From NCBI GenBank assembly GCA_050943875.1, contig JBMNPZ010000007.1, positions 7,683-71,682 of the forward strand: 64,000 bases of DNA. The letters run 5' to 3'. Below, piece by piece: positions 18,255-26,024 of the stretch. Numbering within the stretch: position 1 is the first letter of the stretch; every line of letters begins with the position of its first letter. A program made the translations under genes and the position numbers. This DNA is from Candidatus Limivicinus sp. (GTDB lineage Bacteria; Bacillota; Clostridia; Oscillospirales; Oscillospiraceae). A model generated the notes under the pieces. It saw only the letters and a list, made by a program, of their open reading frames with translations. It did no database searches and had not been told where the DNA came from.

Positions 18255-19421
18255 TTACTTGATGTTGCCGAGGTCGGTAACAGTGATTGCAGTGGTCTCG
18301 GGCATTGCATCGATGCTGTTGGAGACAGTGATGTCGCCGTTGAACATTGCCTTCACAAGGGCTGCATAGTCATCCTGAGTAAAGCCATCGTTCCAGACGG
18401 TGGTATCCCAGGGGATCTGTACGTAGTTCTCGGTGGGAACCTCGGAGATGAGGCCCAGAGTCTCTACCTTGCCGCCGTAGTTTGCAAAGTTGCCGGCAGC
18501 GATCTCAGTGAGCATATGGTCAACAGTGGGAGCGAGGCCCTTCATTGCAGAGGTGATGGTCATGCCCTCGCCGTAGCCGCCGTCGATGATGCCGGACTGG
18601 TCAACGTCAACGCCGATGACCTTGCCATCAACCTTTGCGGCTGCTTCCGCTGCGGAGGTGAAGATACCGCCGCCGCAGGCAAAGACTATCTCAGTGCCGT
18701 CGCTGTACCAGGTATCCATTGCTGCGGTGATGTCTGCATCGCCGAAGAACTGGTTGCCGTATGCATAGTTCATGGTGACATCTGCCTTCATCTCAGCTGC
18801 TGCAGCGTCAGCGCCCTGGACAAAGCCGAAGCCGTAACGGACAACTGCGGGAACTGCCATGCCGCCCAGGAAGCCGAGCTTGGTGTAGCCCATCTTGACG
18901 GCTGCGTAGCCTGCCATGTAGCCGCAGAGCTCTTCCTGGTATACTGCGGAGTATACGTTGGGAGCAACGTGGGGCTCATTGTCAGGATCGATGAGGTCGG
19001 TGCGCTGGAAATCCTCGTGATTGTAGAAGCTGTCCTCAATGTCGAACTCGCCCACGTCCAGTGCGACGAACTTGACATCGGGATACTCATCCTGTGTCTC
19101 AACGATAGCGCCTGCAAATGCAAAGCCGGGCATTACGATGACGTTGTAGTCTTCGTCAACTGCCTTCTCTATCATGGCAACACGGTCTGCAGTGGTGTCC
19201 CCTGCGGGCTTGTAGTAAGTGAAATCAACACCGTTGGCTTCGCAGTAAGCCTTGCAGGCCTCATAGGTGGTCTGGTTGAAGCTCTGGTCGGTGATGTCGC
19301 CGTAGTCGGTGATCATTGCGACGCGCATATCGGCAGCTTTTTCAGAACCTTCGCTGTCTCCGCATGCGCAGAGGGCAAAGACCATGCACAGTGCGAGAAC
19401 AAGTGCGAGAATCTTTTTCAT
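18255..19421 (-). CDS. BMP family (PnrA/Med-like) ABC transporter substrate-binding lipoprotein
   Basis: Lipobox MKKILALVLALCMVFALCACG. GGAGGA RBS lies before ATG 19421; the longer track ORF start at 19499 lacks an RBS. Confidence 0.9.
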   Translation of the reverse strand: MKKILALVLALCMVFALCACGDSEGSEKAADMRVAMITDYGDITDQSFNQTTYEACKAYCEANGVDFTYYKPAGDTTADRVAMIEKAVDEDYNVIVMPGFAFAGAIVETQDEYPDVKFVALDVGEFDIEDSFYNHEDFQRTDLIDPDNEPHVAPNVYSAVYQEELCGYMAGYAAVKMGYTKLGFLGGMAVPAVVRYGFGFVQGADAAAAEMKADVTMNYAYGNQFFGDADITAAMDTWYSDGTEIVFACGGGIFTSAAEAAAKVDGKVIGVDVDQSGIIDGGYGEGMTITSAMKGLAPTVDHMLTEIAAGNFANYGGKVETLGLISEVPTENYVQIPWDTTVWNDGFTQDDYAALVKAMFNGDITVSNSIDAMPETTAITVTDLGNIK

Positions 19422-19627
19422 GATTATTCCTCCATTATAAATAATGAATTTTGTACAACCTTTGCGTACATTTTGATTATAACAGACATTTATAAGCAAA
19501 TCAAGGTGGCAGTGTATATAATTGGATATTTTAAAAAAATTTTATTGCCGCTGTTTCCCGGCGCTATTATATAGTAGGGCAGCGGAGGGCGGGACTCCTG
19601 CAAGTGCCCTCCCACGGAGGGCAGAAA

Positions 19628-19660
19628 AACTCTGCACAGGCGGCCTGCCCGTGCAGAGTT
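19628..19660 (-). terminator. Terminator of deoD
   Basis: AACTCTGCAC-N13-GTGCAGAGTT with a T-run on the minus strand. Confidence 0.65.
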
Positions 19661-19695
19661 AAAGGCTTTTTTACTTGTTCAGAGGGGGAGGAATT

Positions 19696-20424
19696 TTACT
19701 TCTCCGCCATTGCCGCTGCCGTGTCCAGCGCAATCTCTATCATCTGGGTGAAGGAGTTCTGGCGGTCGGCTGAGGAGAGTACCTCCTTGCGGTAGATGTG
19801 GTCGGAGATGGTGCATATGCAGAGGCCCCTCTTTCCCAGATACGCCGCATTTGCGTAGAGCGCCGCGGCCTCCATCTCCACCGCCATGACGCCCATGCCG
19901 CGCCACTTGTCGTTCTTGTCGCAGCCCGCGGGAGAATAGAAGTTGTCAGAGGAGAGAAGGTTGCCCACCTTCATGTCCACGCCCCGATTCTTCGCCGCCT
20001 CAATGCACGTCGAGAGGAGAGTGTAGTCCGCAATGGGTGCAAAGCTGCCGCCCAGCTCGAAATTGTTCAGGTATGCGGAGTTGGTGCAGGCGCCCTGTCC
20101 GGCCACTATGTCCATAAGCTTCAGGTCGTCCCTCAGCGCACCGGCGGAGCCCACGCGGATTATATTGTCCACGTCATACTCACTGAAGAGTTCCCAGCTG
20201 TAGATGCCTATGGCGGGCATACCCATTCCGGAGGCCATCACCGTCACCGGCACGCCTTTCCAGGTGCCTGTGTGCCCCTGTACACCGCGCACATTATTTA
20301 CAAGAACAGGGTCTTTAAGAAAATTTTCGGCGATAAATTTTGCCCGCAGGGGGTCGCCGGGCATAAGAACTGTTTTGGCGATTTCGCCTTTTTTTGCACC
20401 GATGTGGGGGGTGGGAATTGACAT
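19696..20424 (-). CDS. deoD: Purine nucleoside phosphorylase, DeoD type
   Basis: MSIPTPHIGAKKGEIAKTVLMPGDPLRAKFIAE...GMGMPAIGIYSWEL...AVEMEAAALY. AGGAGG RBS lies before ATG 20424. Confidence 0.9.
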   Translation of the reverse strand: MSIPTPHIGAKKGEIAKTVLMPGDPLRAKFIAENFLKDPVLVNNVRGVQGHTGTWKGVPVTVMASGMGMPAIGIYSWELFSEYDVDNIIRVGSAGALRDDLKLMDIVAGQGACTNSAYLNNFELGGSFAPIADYTLLSTCIEAAKNRGVDMKVGNLLSSDNFYSPAGCDKNDKWRGMGVMAVEMEAAALYANAAYLGKRGLCICTISDHIYRKEVLSSADRQNSFTQMIEIALDTAAAMAEK

Positions 20425-20526
20425 ATTTAAACCTCCTATACATATTGTTGTACACAATTTGATTTCATTCCGTTTATTTGGTCTTACTATATTGAAATTA
20501 TATTAAAAAATATTCCAAAAGTCAAT

Positions 20527-20555
20527 TTGAAAGAGCCGCCCGGTTATGCTATTAT
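20527..20555 (+). promoter_or_regulatory. Sigma-A type promoter of udk-tdk
   Basis: TTGAAA (20527-20532), 17-nt spacer, TGC-TATTAT (20550-20555). Confidence 0.45.
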
Positions 20556-20589
20556 AAATCAAAGCTTAAAAAACGGAGGCTTAAAAGAT

Positions 20590-21219
20590 ATGAGCAACAT
20601 CATGGTCATCGGTATCGCAGGGGGTACCGGCAGCGGAAAAACCACAATTACCAACAAGCTTATGGAGTATTTCAGCGGCGATGTGTCCGTAATCAACCAC
20701 GACAACTACTACAAGGCCCATCACGATATGTCCTATGAGGAGCGGGCAAAGCTCAACTATGATCATCCGGATTCCTTCGACACGGATATGCTTATTGAGG
20801 CCCTCCGGGAGCTTAAAAAGGGTCACAGTGTCTCCTGCCCCGTATATGACTACACCATACACGACAGGACGGACAGGACCATCACAATAGAGCCGGCAAA
20901 GGTCATTATTGTGGAGGGAATACTTATTTTTGAAAACCGGGAGCTCTGCAGAGAGATGGATATAAAGCTCTATGTGGACACAGACGCGGATGTGCGGATT
21001 CTCCGGCGCATCGTGAGAGATGTGCGGGACAGGGGCAGGAGCCTCGAGAGCGTTGTGGAGCAGTATCTTACCACCGTCAAGCCCATGCACGAGCAGTTTG
21101 TGGAGCCCAGCAAAAAGAACGCGGATATCATCATCCCCGAGGGCGGCTACAACCAGGTCGCAATGGAGATGGTCATCGAGAGGGTCCGGGCACATCTTGC
21201 AAAGAACGGGGAGAACTGA
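20590..21219 (+). CDS. udk: Uridine kinase
   Basis: IGIAGGTGSGKTT P-loop, NYDHPDSFD, and RRIVRDVRDRGRS. ATG 20590 is preceded by GGAGG. Confidence 0.92.
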   Translation: MSNIMVIGIAGGTGSGKTTITNKLMEYFSGDVSVINHDNYYKAHHDMSYEERAKLNYDHPDSFDTDMLIEALRELKKGHSVSCPVYDYTIHDRTDRTITIEPAKVIIVEGILIFENRELCREMDIKLYVDTDADVRILRRIVRDVRDRGRSLESVVEQYLTTVKPMHEQFVEPSKKNADIIIPEGGYNQVAMEMVIERVRAHLAKNGEN

Positions 21220-21220
21220 A

Positions 21221-21808
21221 GTGGCAAAATTATATTTTAAATACGGCGTGATGGGCTCATCCAAGTCCGCCCAGGCGCTTATAACAAAATTCAATTATGA
21301 AGAGCGTGGCATGACGGTCTGGCTTATAAAGCCCAGCATTGACACCAGGGACGGCGCCGATATTGTGAAAAGCCGCATCGGCCTCCAGTGCAGAGCCCGC
21401 ATAATAACGCCTGAGCAGAACATCATGGAGGAATACGAAAAGGCCGGAAAGCACGATGTCATAATCGCAGATGAGGCCCAGTTCTTCACCCCTAAGCAGA
21501 TAGATGAGCTGCGGCTCCTGGTGGATGACGAGGACCTGCCGGTGCTGTGCTTCGGCCTCAGGACCGACTTCCTCACCCACAGCTTCCCCGGCTCCCAGCG
21601 CCTTATGGAGCTGGCCGACTCCATCACCGAGATAAAGACCGTCTGCGCCTGCGGGAGAAAGGCCACTGTCACCGCCCGCCTCGACGCCAGCGGCAGAGTC
21701 ATCACCGAGGGCAGTCAGGTGCTCCTCGGGGGCAATGACAGCTACGTGGCCATGTGCCATAAATGCTGGAGAGATAAAATAGAGGCCCAGAGGCTTAAGA
21801 AGGAATAA
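21221..21808 (+). CDS. tdk: Thymidine kinase
   Basis: GTG start giving VAKLYFKYGVMGSSKSAQ (P-loop). The C-terminal zinc motif is CxCG...C..C (CACGRKAT...CHKCW). The upstream part of the track ORF (21020-21220) overlaps udk and is spurious. Confidence 0.9.
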   Translation: MAKLYFKYGVMGSSKSAQALITKFNYEERGMTVWLIKPSIDTRDGADIVKSRIGLQCRARIITPEQNIMEEYEKAGKHDVIIADEAQFFTPKQIDELRLLVDDEDLPVLCFGLRTDFLTHSFPGSQRLMELADSITEIKTVCACGRKATVTARLDASGRVITEGSQVLLGGNDSYVAMCHKCWRDKIEAQRLKKE

Positions 21809-21862
21809 AAAATCCCTGTATAATTACGGGGCAGAATTGTTTGTCAAATTCCATATGAAAAT

Positions 21863-21914
21863 AAAAACCACCCTCACGGGTGGTTTTTATTGGCGGAGAA
21901 GAAGGGATTCGACC
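21863..21914 (-). repeat. Direct repeat copy 1: last ~27 nt of tRNA-Ser (including CCA) plus its terminator hairpin
   Basis: aaaaaccaccctcacgggtggtttttat-tggcggagaagaagggattcga is near-identical to 22004-22058, differing by two single-base indels. Confidence 0.85.
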
Positions 21915-21997
21915 TCCGCTGCGGCGGAGGCCAGGTCGCGGCTCCGGACTGCCCCCGGCAGTCCGTTCACTCCCGCTCCCGTTCGAATCTCCCCGCA
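21891..21997 (-). other. Structured GC-rich tRNA-like remnant or small RNA candidate ending in a tRNA-Ser 3' module
   Basis: The minus strand ends ...GGAGGTCGAATCCCTTCTTCTCCGCCA followed by a terminator. The interior has two strong hairpins, GGACTGCC-GGG-GGCAGTCC and CCTCCGC-CGCA-GCGGAGG. No valid D-arm or 7-nt anticodon loop could be drawn. Confidence 0.3.
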
Positions 21998-22003
21998 TAC
22001 AGC

Positions 22004-22058
22004 AAAAAACCACCCTCACGGGTGGTTTTTATTTGGCGGAGAAGAAGGGATTCGAACC
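22004..22058 (-). repeat. Direct repeat copy 2 (terminator plus the genuine 3' end of tRNA-Ser)
   Basis: Matches 21863-21914. Confidence 0.85.
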
Positions 22059-22125
22059 CTTGATACCCTTATGAGGTATACACGATTTCCAATCGTGCGC
22101 GCTCGACCAGCTACGCGACTTCTCC
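22034..22125 (-). tRNA. tRNA-Ser: tRNA-Ser (anticodon GGA), class II with long variable arm, encoded CCA
   Basis: Manual cloverleaf: acceptor GGAGAAG/CTTCTCC, D-arm GCGT-AGCTGGTCGA-GCGC, anticodon arm CACGA-TTGGAAA-TCGTG, a 19-nt variable arm, and T-arm AAGGG-TTCGAAT-CCCTT, ending GCCA. Confidence 0.93.
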
Positions 22126-22288
22126 ACGTCTGTTCAAACAAAGTTCCTGTTGACTTGTTAGCTTGCCTATTATAATTCACCATTCATATAAAGTCAAGGA
22201 ATATTTTCTCGCCTTTTGCAGATATTATTACTGCCGGAAAGAAAACGGGAAAGTGCCGGGACAAAACAGCAATCCGGGAGGAAAAGCC

Positions 22289-22732
22289 ATGAAAATGAGC
22301 AATGAAGAGTATAAAAAGTACGCGGAGAAGCGTGTCCCCCGTTCAAGCGTAAGGCTGGACACTCTGAAGGCCTTTGTCTCAGGCGGGGCGATCTGTCTCG
22401 TGGGGCAGTTTTTTCTGAATACCTATCTGGCGGCGGGGCTGGACCGGGACTCCGCGGCGGCCGCCTGCTCCCTCTCCCTCATTTTTCTCGGGGTCCTGCT
22501 CACGGGAATCGGGGTCTACGACGACATCGCGGGCTTTGCCGGGGCGGGCTCTCTCGTGCCTATCACCGGATTTGCAAACTCCGTGTCGGCCCCGGCGCTG
22601 GAGTTCAGAACCGAGGGCCTTGTGCTGGGCACTGCCGTGAAGATGTTCAGCATTGCGGGGCCGGTAATCGTCTACGGAATTTCCGCAAGCATCGTCTACG
22701 GGCTCATTCTGGCACTGACGGCGGCAATCTGA
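22289..22732 (+). CDS. spoVAC: Stage V sporulation protein AC (SpoVAC)
   Basis: 147 aa with the typical SpoVAC sequence (KAFVSGGAICLVGQ...ITGFANSV.APALEF..EG...G). GGGAGG RBS lies before ATG 22289. Confidence 0.88.
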   Translation: MKMSNEEYKKYAEKRVPRSSVRLDTLKAFVSGGAICLVGQFFLNTYLAAGLDRDSAAAACSLSLIFLGVLLTGIGVYDDIAGFAGAGSLVPITGFANSVSAPALEFRTEGLVLGTAVKMFSIAGPVIVYGISASIVYGLILALTAAI

Positions 22733-22782
22733 GGGCCTGCAGAAACTTATAAAAAAAAGCCATCACAGTGGAGGACAGAGAT

Positions 22783-22935
22783 TTGTCAAAGAACAGAAAG
22801 AAGAAGAATAAAATTACGGAGCATCCCCCTGCGGAGACCGGACACGACAGCAGGGCTCAGGACCGCAGTGTCCCGGGGCAGAGCAACGCCCAGGCCCCGG
22901 ACGGGATATCCGGGCCCTGGGGAACGGTGGAATGA
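22783..22935 (+). CDS. Candidate small basic/disordered protein (50 aa, TTG start)
   Basis: My own translation: LSKNRKKKNKITEHPPAETGHDSRAQDRSVPGQSNAQAPDGISGPWGTVE. GGAGGA lies 7 nt upstream, and a terminator hairpin follows. Confidence 0.25.
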   Translation: MSKNRKKKNKITEHPPAETGHDSRAQDRSVPGQSNAQAPDGISGPWGTVE

Positions 22936-22958
22936 AATTTTATTACACAGCATATAAT

Positions 22959-22988
22959 CAGGGGAGCACTCTAAACGGTGCTCCCCTG
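22959..22988. terminator. Hairpin terminator between spoVAC/small ORF and the convergent LysR gene
   Basis: CAGGGGAGCAC-N8-GTGCTCCCCTG followed by AATTTT. Confidence 0.6.
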
Positions 22989-23052
22989 AATTTTACATAT
23001 ACATCCGGTCTAGCCGAGTTTCGCAAAGATTCTGCGGGCGGAGAAAAGCTCT

Positions 23053-23967
23053 CTATCTGCCCTCACCCCGCTCCGAATATTTTTCATTTATCATCTTTAT
23101 CGTCCTCTGGGCGCAGTCTATGAGCATTTTAAGATTCTTGTCGTTCTTTTTCTGCTCATTTACGATTATGCCCATGGTGCGGGAGGCGGGGGGATCCAGG
23201 GGGCAGATGGTCATGTCCTCGTGTATGCTCTTCAAAACCAGCTCCGTAAGCACGCTCACCCCCAGGTCATGGGCCACCATTGAGGCTATGGCCGCGTCGC
23301 TGAGATTGGTGTACCTGATTTTCGGCTTGACCTCGCTGTCCCCCGCCGCCAGCGCCGGGAGAATGTCCTTTTCAAAACCGTCTGCGGGCATGAGAAACTT
23401 TTCCCCGTTGAAGTTGCTCACCGGGAAAGGCCTGCCGTTCTCCCAGCGGGCCGGGGGCAGTATTGCCCGGAAGGGGTCGGCGCAGAGATATATCCACAGC
23501 AGCCCCTGACAGAGGTCCGGCTGGTGGCTAACTATGGCGCAGTCCAGGGTCTCATTTTTCACTGCGCTGTAGGCCTCCTCGATATTCAGCACCGTTATCG
23601 ACACATCCAGCTGGGGATTCACGCTGTAGAGCTCGGAGAGTATGGAGGGTATCCACTGGCCGGCGGCGCTGGAGTAGGCCCCGAGACGAAGGGTGCTGAA
23701 GCTCCGCTCCCTCAGCAGGCCCGCGCAGTGCTCCAGATCATCGGCGCACTCCGTGAGAGTCTTTATGTTGGGCAGCAGGTCCTGACCCGCGGGGGTGAGG
23801 TGGACCCCGCTCTTGCTCCGCACGAGAAGCTTCAGTCCCAGCTCCTCCTCAAGGGAATTCATCATATGGGTGAGCCCCGACTGGGTATAGCCCAGCTCCT
23901 CGGCCGCTCCGGTGAGGCTGCCTTTTTCCAGCGCAGTCAACAAAGCTTTCAATTTATTGGTATCCAT
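23053..23967 (-). CDS. LysR family transcriptional regulator
   Basis: N-terminal HTH (LKALLTALEKGSLTGAAEELGYTQSGLTHMMNSLEEELG) plus a LysR substrate-binding domain. It is divergent from the SNF transporter gene. Confidence 0.9.
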   Translation of the reverse strand: MDTNKLKALLTALEKGSLTGAAEELGYTQSGLTHMMNSLEEELGLKLLVRSKSGVHLTPAGQDLLPNIKTLTECADDLEHCAGLLRERSFSTLRLGAYSSAAGQWIPSILSELYSVNPQLDVSITVLNIEEAYSAVKNETLDCAIVSHQPDLCQGLLWIYLCADPFRAILPPARWENGRPFPVSNFNGEKFLMPADGFEKDILPALAAGDSEVKPKIRYTNLSDAAIASMVAHDLGVSVLTELVLKSIHEDMTICPLDPPASRTMGIIVNEQKKNDKNLKMLIDCAQRTIKMINEKYSERGEGR

Positions 23968-24129
23968 TTTTGTTTATTATTTCACTTTCTTATGATTATT
24001 AGGTATCTATTAGATTTCCTAATGATAAACATAATAATATAGAGTTTGGTAAAAATCAAGTGTGATGCTATAATCAGAAACAATATATTTGAAATTGTTT
24101 AAAATTTCATTGGAAAAGAGGAAAGATTG

Positions 24130-25698
24130 ATGGAAAACAATAAACGTGCTTCCTGGAACAGCAACCTTGGTTTTATCATGGCTGCCATCGGTTCCGCTGT
24201 GGGCCTCGGCAATATCTGGGGCTTCCCCTACAAGATGGGCCGCTGCGGCGGTTTCACCTTCCTTATTGTCTACATACTGCTGGCCGTTTTCGTGGGCCTT
24301 GTGATAATGTCCAGTGAGCTTGCACTGGGGCGCAGGACCGGCTACGGCGTGGTCCACGCCTATAAGGTCATATCCAAGAAGTTCAAATGGATCGGCTGGC
24401 TGGGCATCATTGCCCCCTTCCTCATCATGAGCTTCTACTCAGTTCTGGGCGGCTACTGCTTCCAGTACATGTCCCTCAACATGGCGGAGCTGAGCTTCGG
24501 ACTGAGCCACATATTCGGCGGCTCCATCTCCGGCAGCACCACCTTCGGCGCAATGCTCACGAACCCCTTCGGCTGTGCGGTGTTCACCCTGTTCTTCATG
24601 GTGCTGTGCATGCTGATCGTCAAGGGCGGCGTCGCAAACGGCATTGAAAAATTCAACAAGACCGCAATGCCCGCGCTTTTCCTCATGCTGGTCATTGTCA
24701 TTGTCCGCTCCGTCTCCCTCCCCCACGCAGTGGAGGGTCTGAAATTCATGTTTGTCCCCGGCTACGCTGTGGAGGCCGGCTTCATCGATGAGGCCCCCAA
24801 CTTCATCTCCGTCCTCGGCACCGCCGGCGGCCAGATGTTCTTCTCCCTGTCCCTTGCCATGGGCGCAATGATCACCTACGGCTCCTACCTTGACAAGAAG
24901 GAGGACATTGTCAAAAACTCCGCACTCATAGTCATCTCCGACACCATCGTGGCCCTCATGGCCGGCTTTGCTGTCATCCCCGCCGCTGTTGCAAACGGCA
25001 TCACCCAGGGCATCCCCCTCAATGAGATCCAGCTGGGCGGCCCCAAGCTCCTCTTTGTGACGCTGCAGGATGTCTTCTCGAATATGGGCCACAGCGGCCC
25101 CCTCTTCGGCGTCGTGTTCTACGCCCTTGTTATTATCGCGGCCATCTCCTCCGCCATCTCCCTTATGGAGGTCGTGGGCGCCTACTTCATGGACCAGGCC
25201 GCTTTAAAGGGCAAACAGCTCAGCCGCAAGAATGTCACCCTCTGGGTCTCCTTTGCCATCATGCTTGAGGCCCTGCTGGTGGCGGTTGACGGTCTCGGCT
25301 CCAACGGTGTCTGGGTCCCCTTCCAGAAGTACGGCATCGATATGTGGAATGACTGCTGGCTCGACTTTATGGACTGCTGGTCCGAGGGCCTTGCGATGCC
25401 TCTGGGCGCAATCCTCATGGCCCTTATGATCGGCTGGGAGATAAAGCCCCAGATACTCCTTGATGAGATTCACGGGGGCAGAGAGATGAAGGGCTTTGAC
25501 TTCTTCTATAAGATGTGCATCAAGTTCATTGTCCCCGTAGTCATGGCCATGGTCCTTGCAGGCCAGATGATAGACTTCTTCCCCGGCAGCCCCGCCATAT
25601 ACTACTGCATCTCCGGCGCAGTGCTTGTGATAGCCTGGATATATGCGGCGGTGGGCAACAGGGAAAAAGCCCCGGCTGCCGCTGAGCAGCATGCTTAA
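24130..25698 (+). CDS. Sodium-dependent transporter, neurotransmitter:sodium symporter (SNF/NSS) family
   Basis: The NSS signature (WNSNLGFIMAAIGSAVGLGNIWGFPY) in TM1. About 12 TM helices. Confidence 0.9.
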   Translation: MENNKRASWNSNLGFIMAAIGSAVGLGNIWGFPYKMGRCGGFTFLIVYILLAVFVGLVIMSSELALGRRTGYGVVHAYKVISKKFKWIGWLGIIAPFLIMSFYSVLGGYCFQYMSLNMAELSFGLSHIFGGSISGSTTFGAMLTNPFGCAVFTLFFMVLCMLIVKGGVANGIEKFNKTAMPALFLMLVIVIVRSVSLPHAVEGLKFMFVPGYAVEAGFIDEAPNFISVLGTAGGQMFFSLSLAMGAMITYGSYLDKKEDIVKNSALIVISDTIVALMAGFAVIPAAVANGITQGIPLNEIQLGGPKLLFVTLQDVFSNMGHSGPLFGVVFYALVIIAAISSAISLMEVVGAYFMDQAALKGKQLSRKNVTLWVSFAIMLEALLVAVDGLGSNGVWVPFQKYGIDMWNDCWLDFMDCWSEGLAMPLGAILMALMIGWEIKPQILLDEIHGGREMKGFDFFYKMCIKFIVPVVMAMVLAGQMIDFFPGSPAIYYCISGAVLVIAWIYAAVGNREKAPAAAEQHA

Positions 25699-25755
25699 AT
25701 TTTGTATTTACAGATTCTTTGCAGACTCCTTTAAAAAATAATAAAACACCGAAAA

Positions 25756-25781
25756 GGCCGGCAGCCGCTTGACTGCCGGTC
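25756..25781 (+). terminator. Terminator of the NSS transporter gene
   Basis: GGCCGGCAG-N8-CTGCCGGTCC followed by a T-rich tail. Confidence 0.6.
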
Positions 25782-25948
25782 CTTTCTAATATATGATAAA
25801 TTTTGTATAATTCTTGTACTTTTTCCCATGGCCGGTTTTCCGCCGGAGCAGTGCTTTTTCCAGTATTCTCCGCGGTTTCCGGCTTTTCCAAATTTGGACG
25901 TTTGTTAATTTTTATATGTACAAATGCTAACAGATTGTAAATTCAGGC

Positions 25949-25977
25949 TTGCATGTTGGGATTTTTAGCACTATAAT
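25949..25977 (+). promoter_or_regulatory. Sigma-A type promoter upstream of hypF
   Basis: TTGCAT (25949-25954), 17-nt spacer, TATAAT (25972-25977). Confidence 0.55.
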
Positions 25978-26024
25978 GGCCTCGAGTAAGCTGATAATTT
26001 ATTGACGAATGAAGGAAAGACTAT

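Noticed and set aside
19451-20458. Shared TGTACA-containing operator in the bmp-ABC leader (19451-19470) and the deoD/udk intergenic region (20444-20458)
   Set aside because: The two sites have different architectures: TTGTACAA as an 8-bp palindrome versus ATTGT-N5-ACAAT. They cannot be aligned into one motif, and two occurrences are too few to support one.
21020-21220. N-terminal 67-codon extension of the tdk ORF in the six-frame track
   Set aside because: It overlaps the 3' end of udk in another frame, and its translation is Ser/Arg/Pro-rich nonsense. The Tdk P-loop N-terminus begins at GTG 21221.
21891-21997. Possible tRNA-Sec (long, GC-rich, long extra arm, ends GCCA)
   Set aside because: There is no UCA anticodon anywhere on the relevant strand. 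The candidate anticodon hairpin has a CCGGGGG loop lacking U33, no D-arm can be paired, and the T-loop is missing one T. No selA, selB or selD genes are in the window. It is kept only as a tRNA-like remnant or small RNA candidate.
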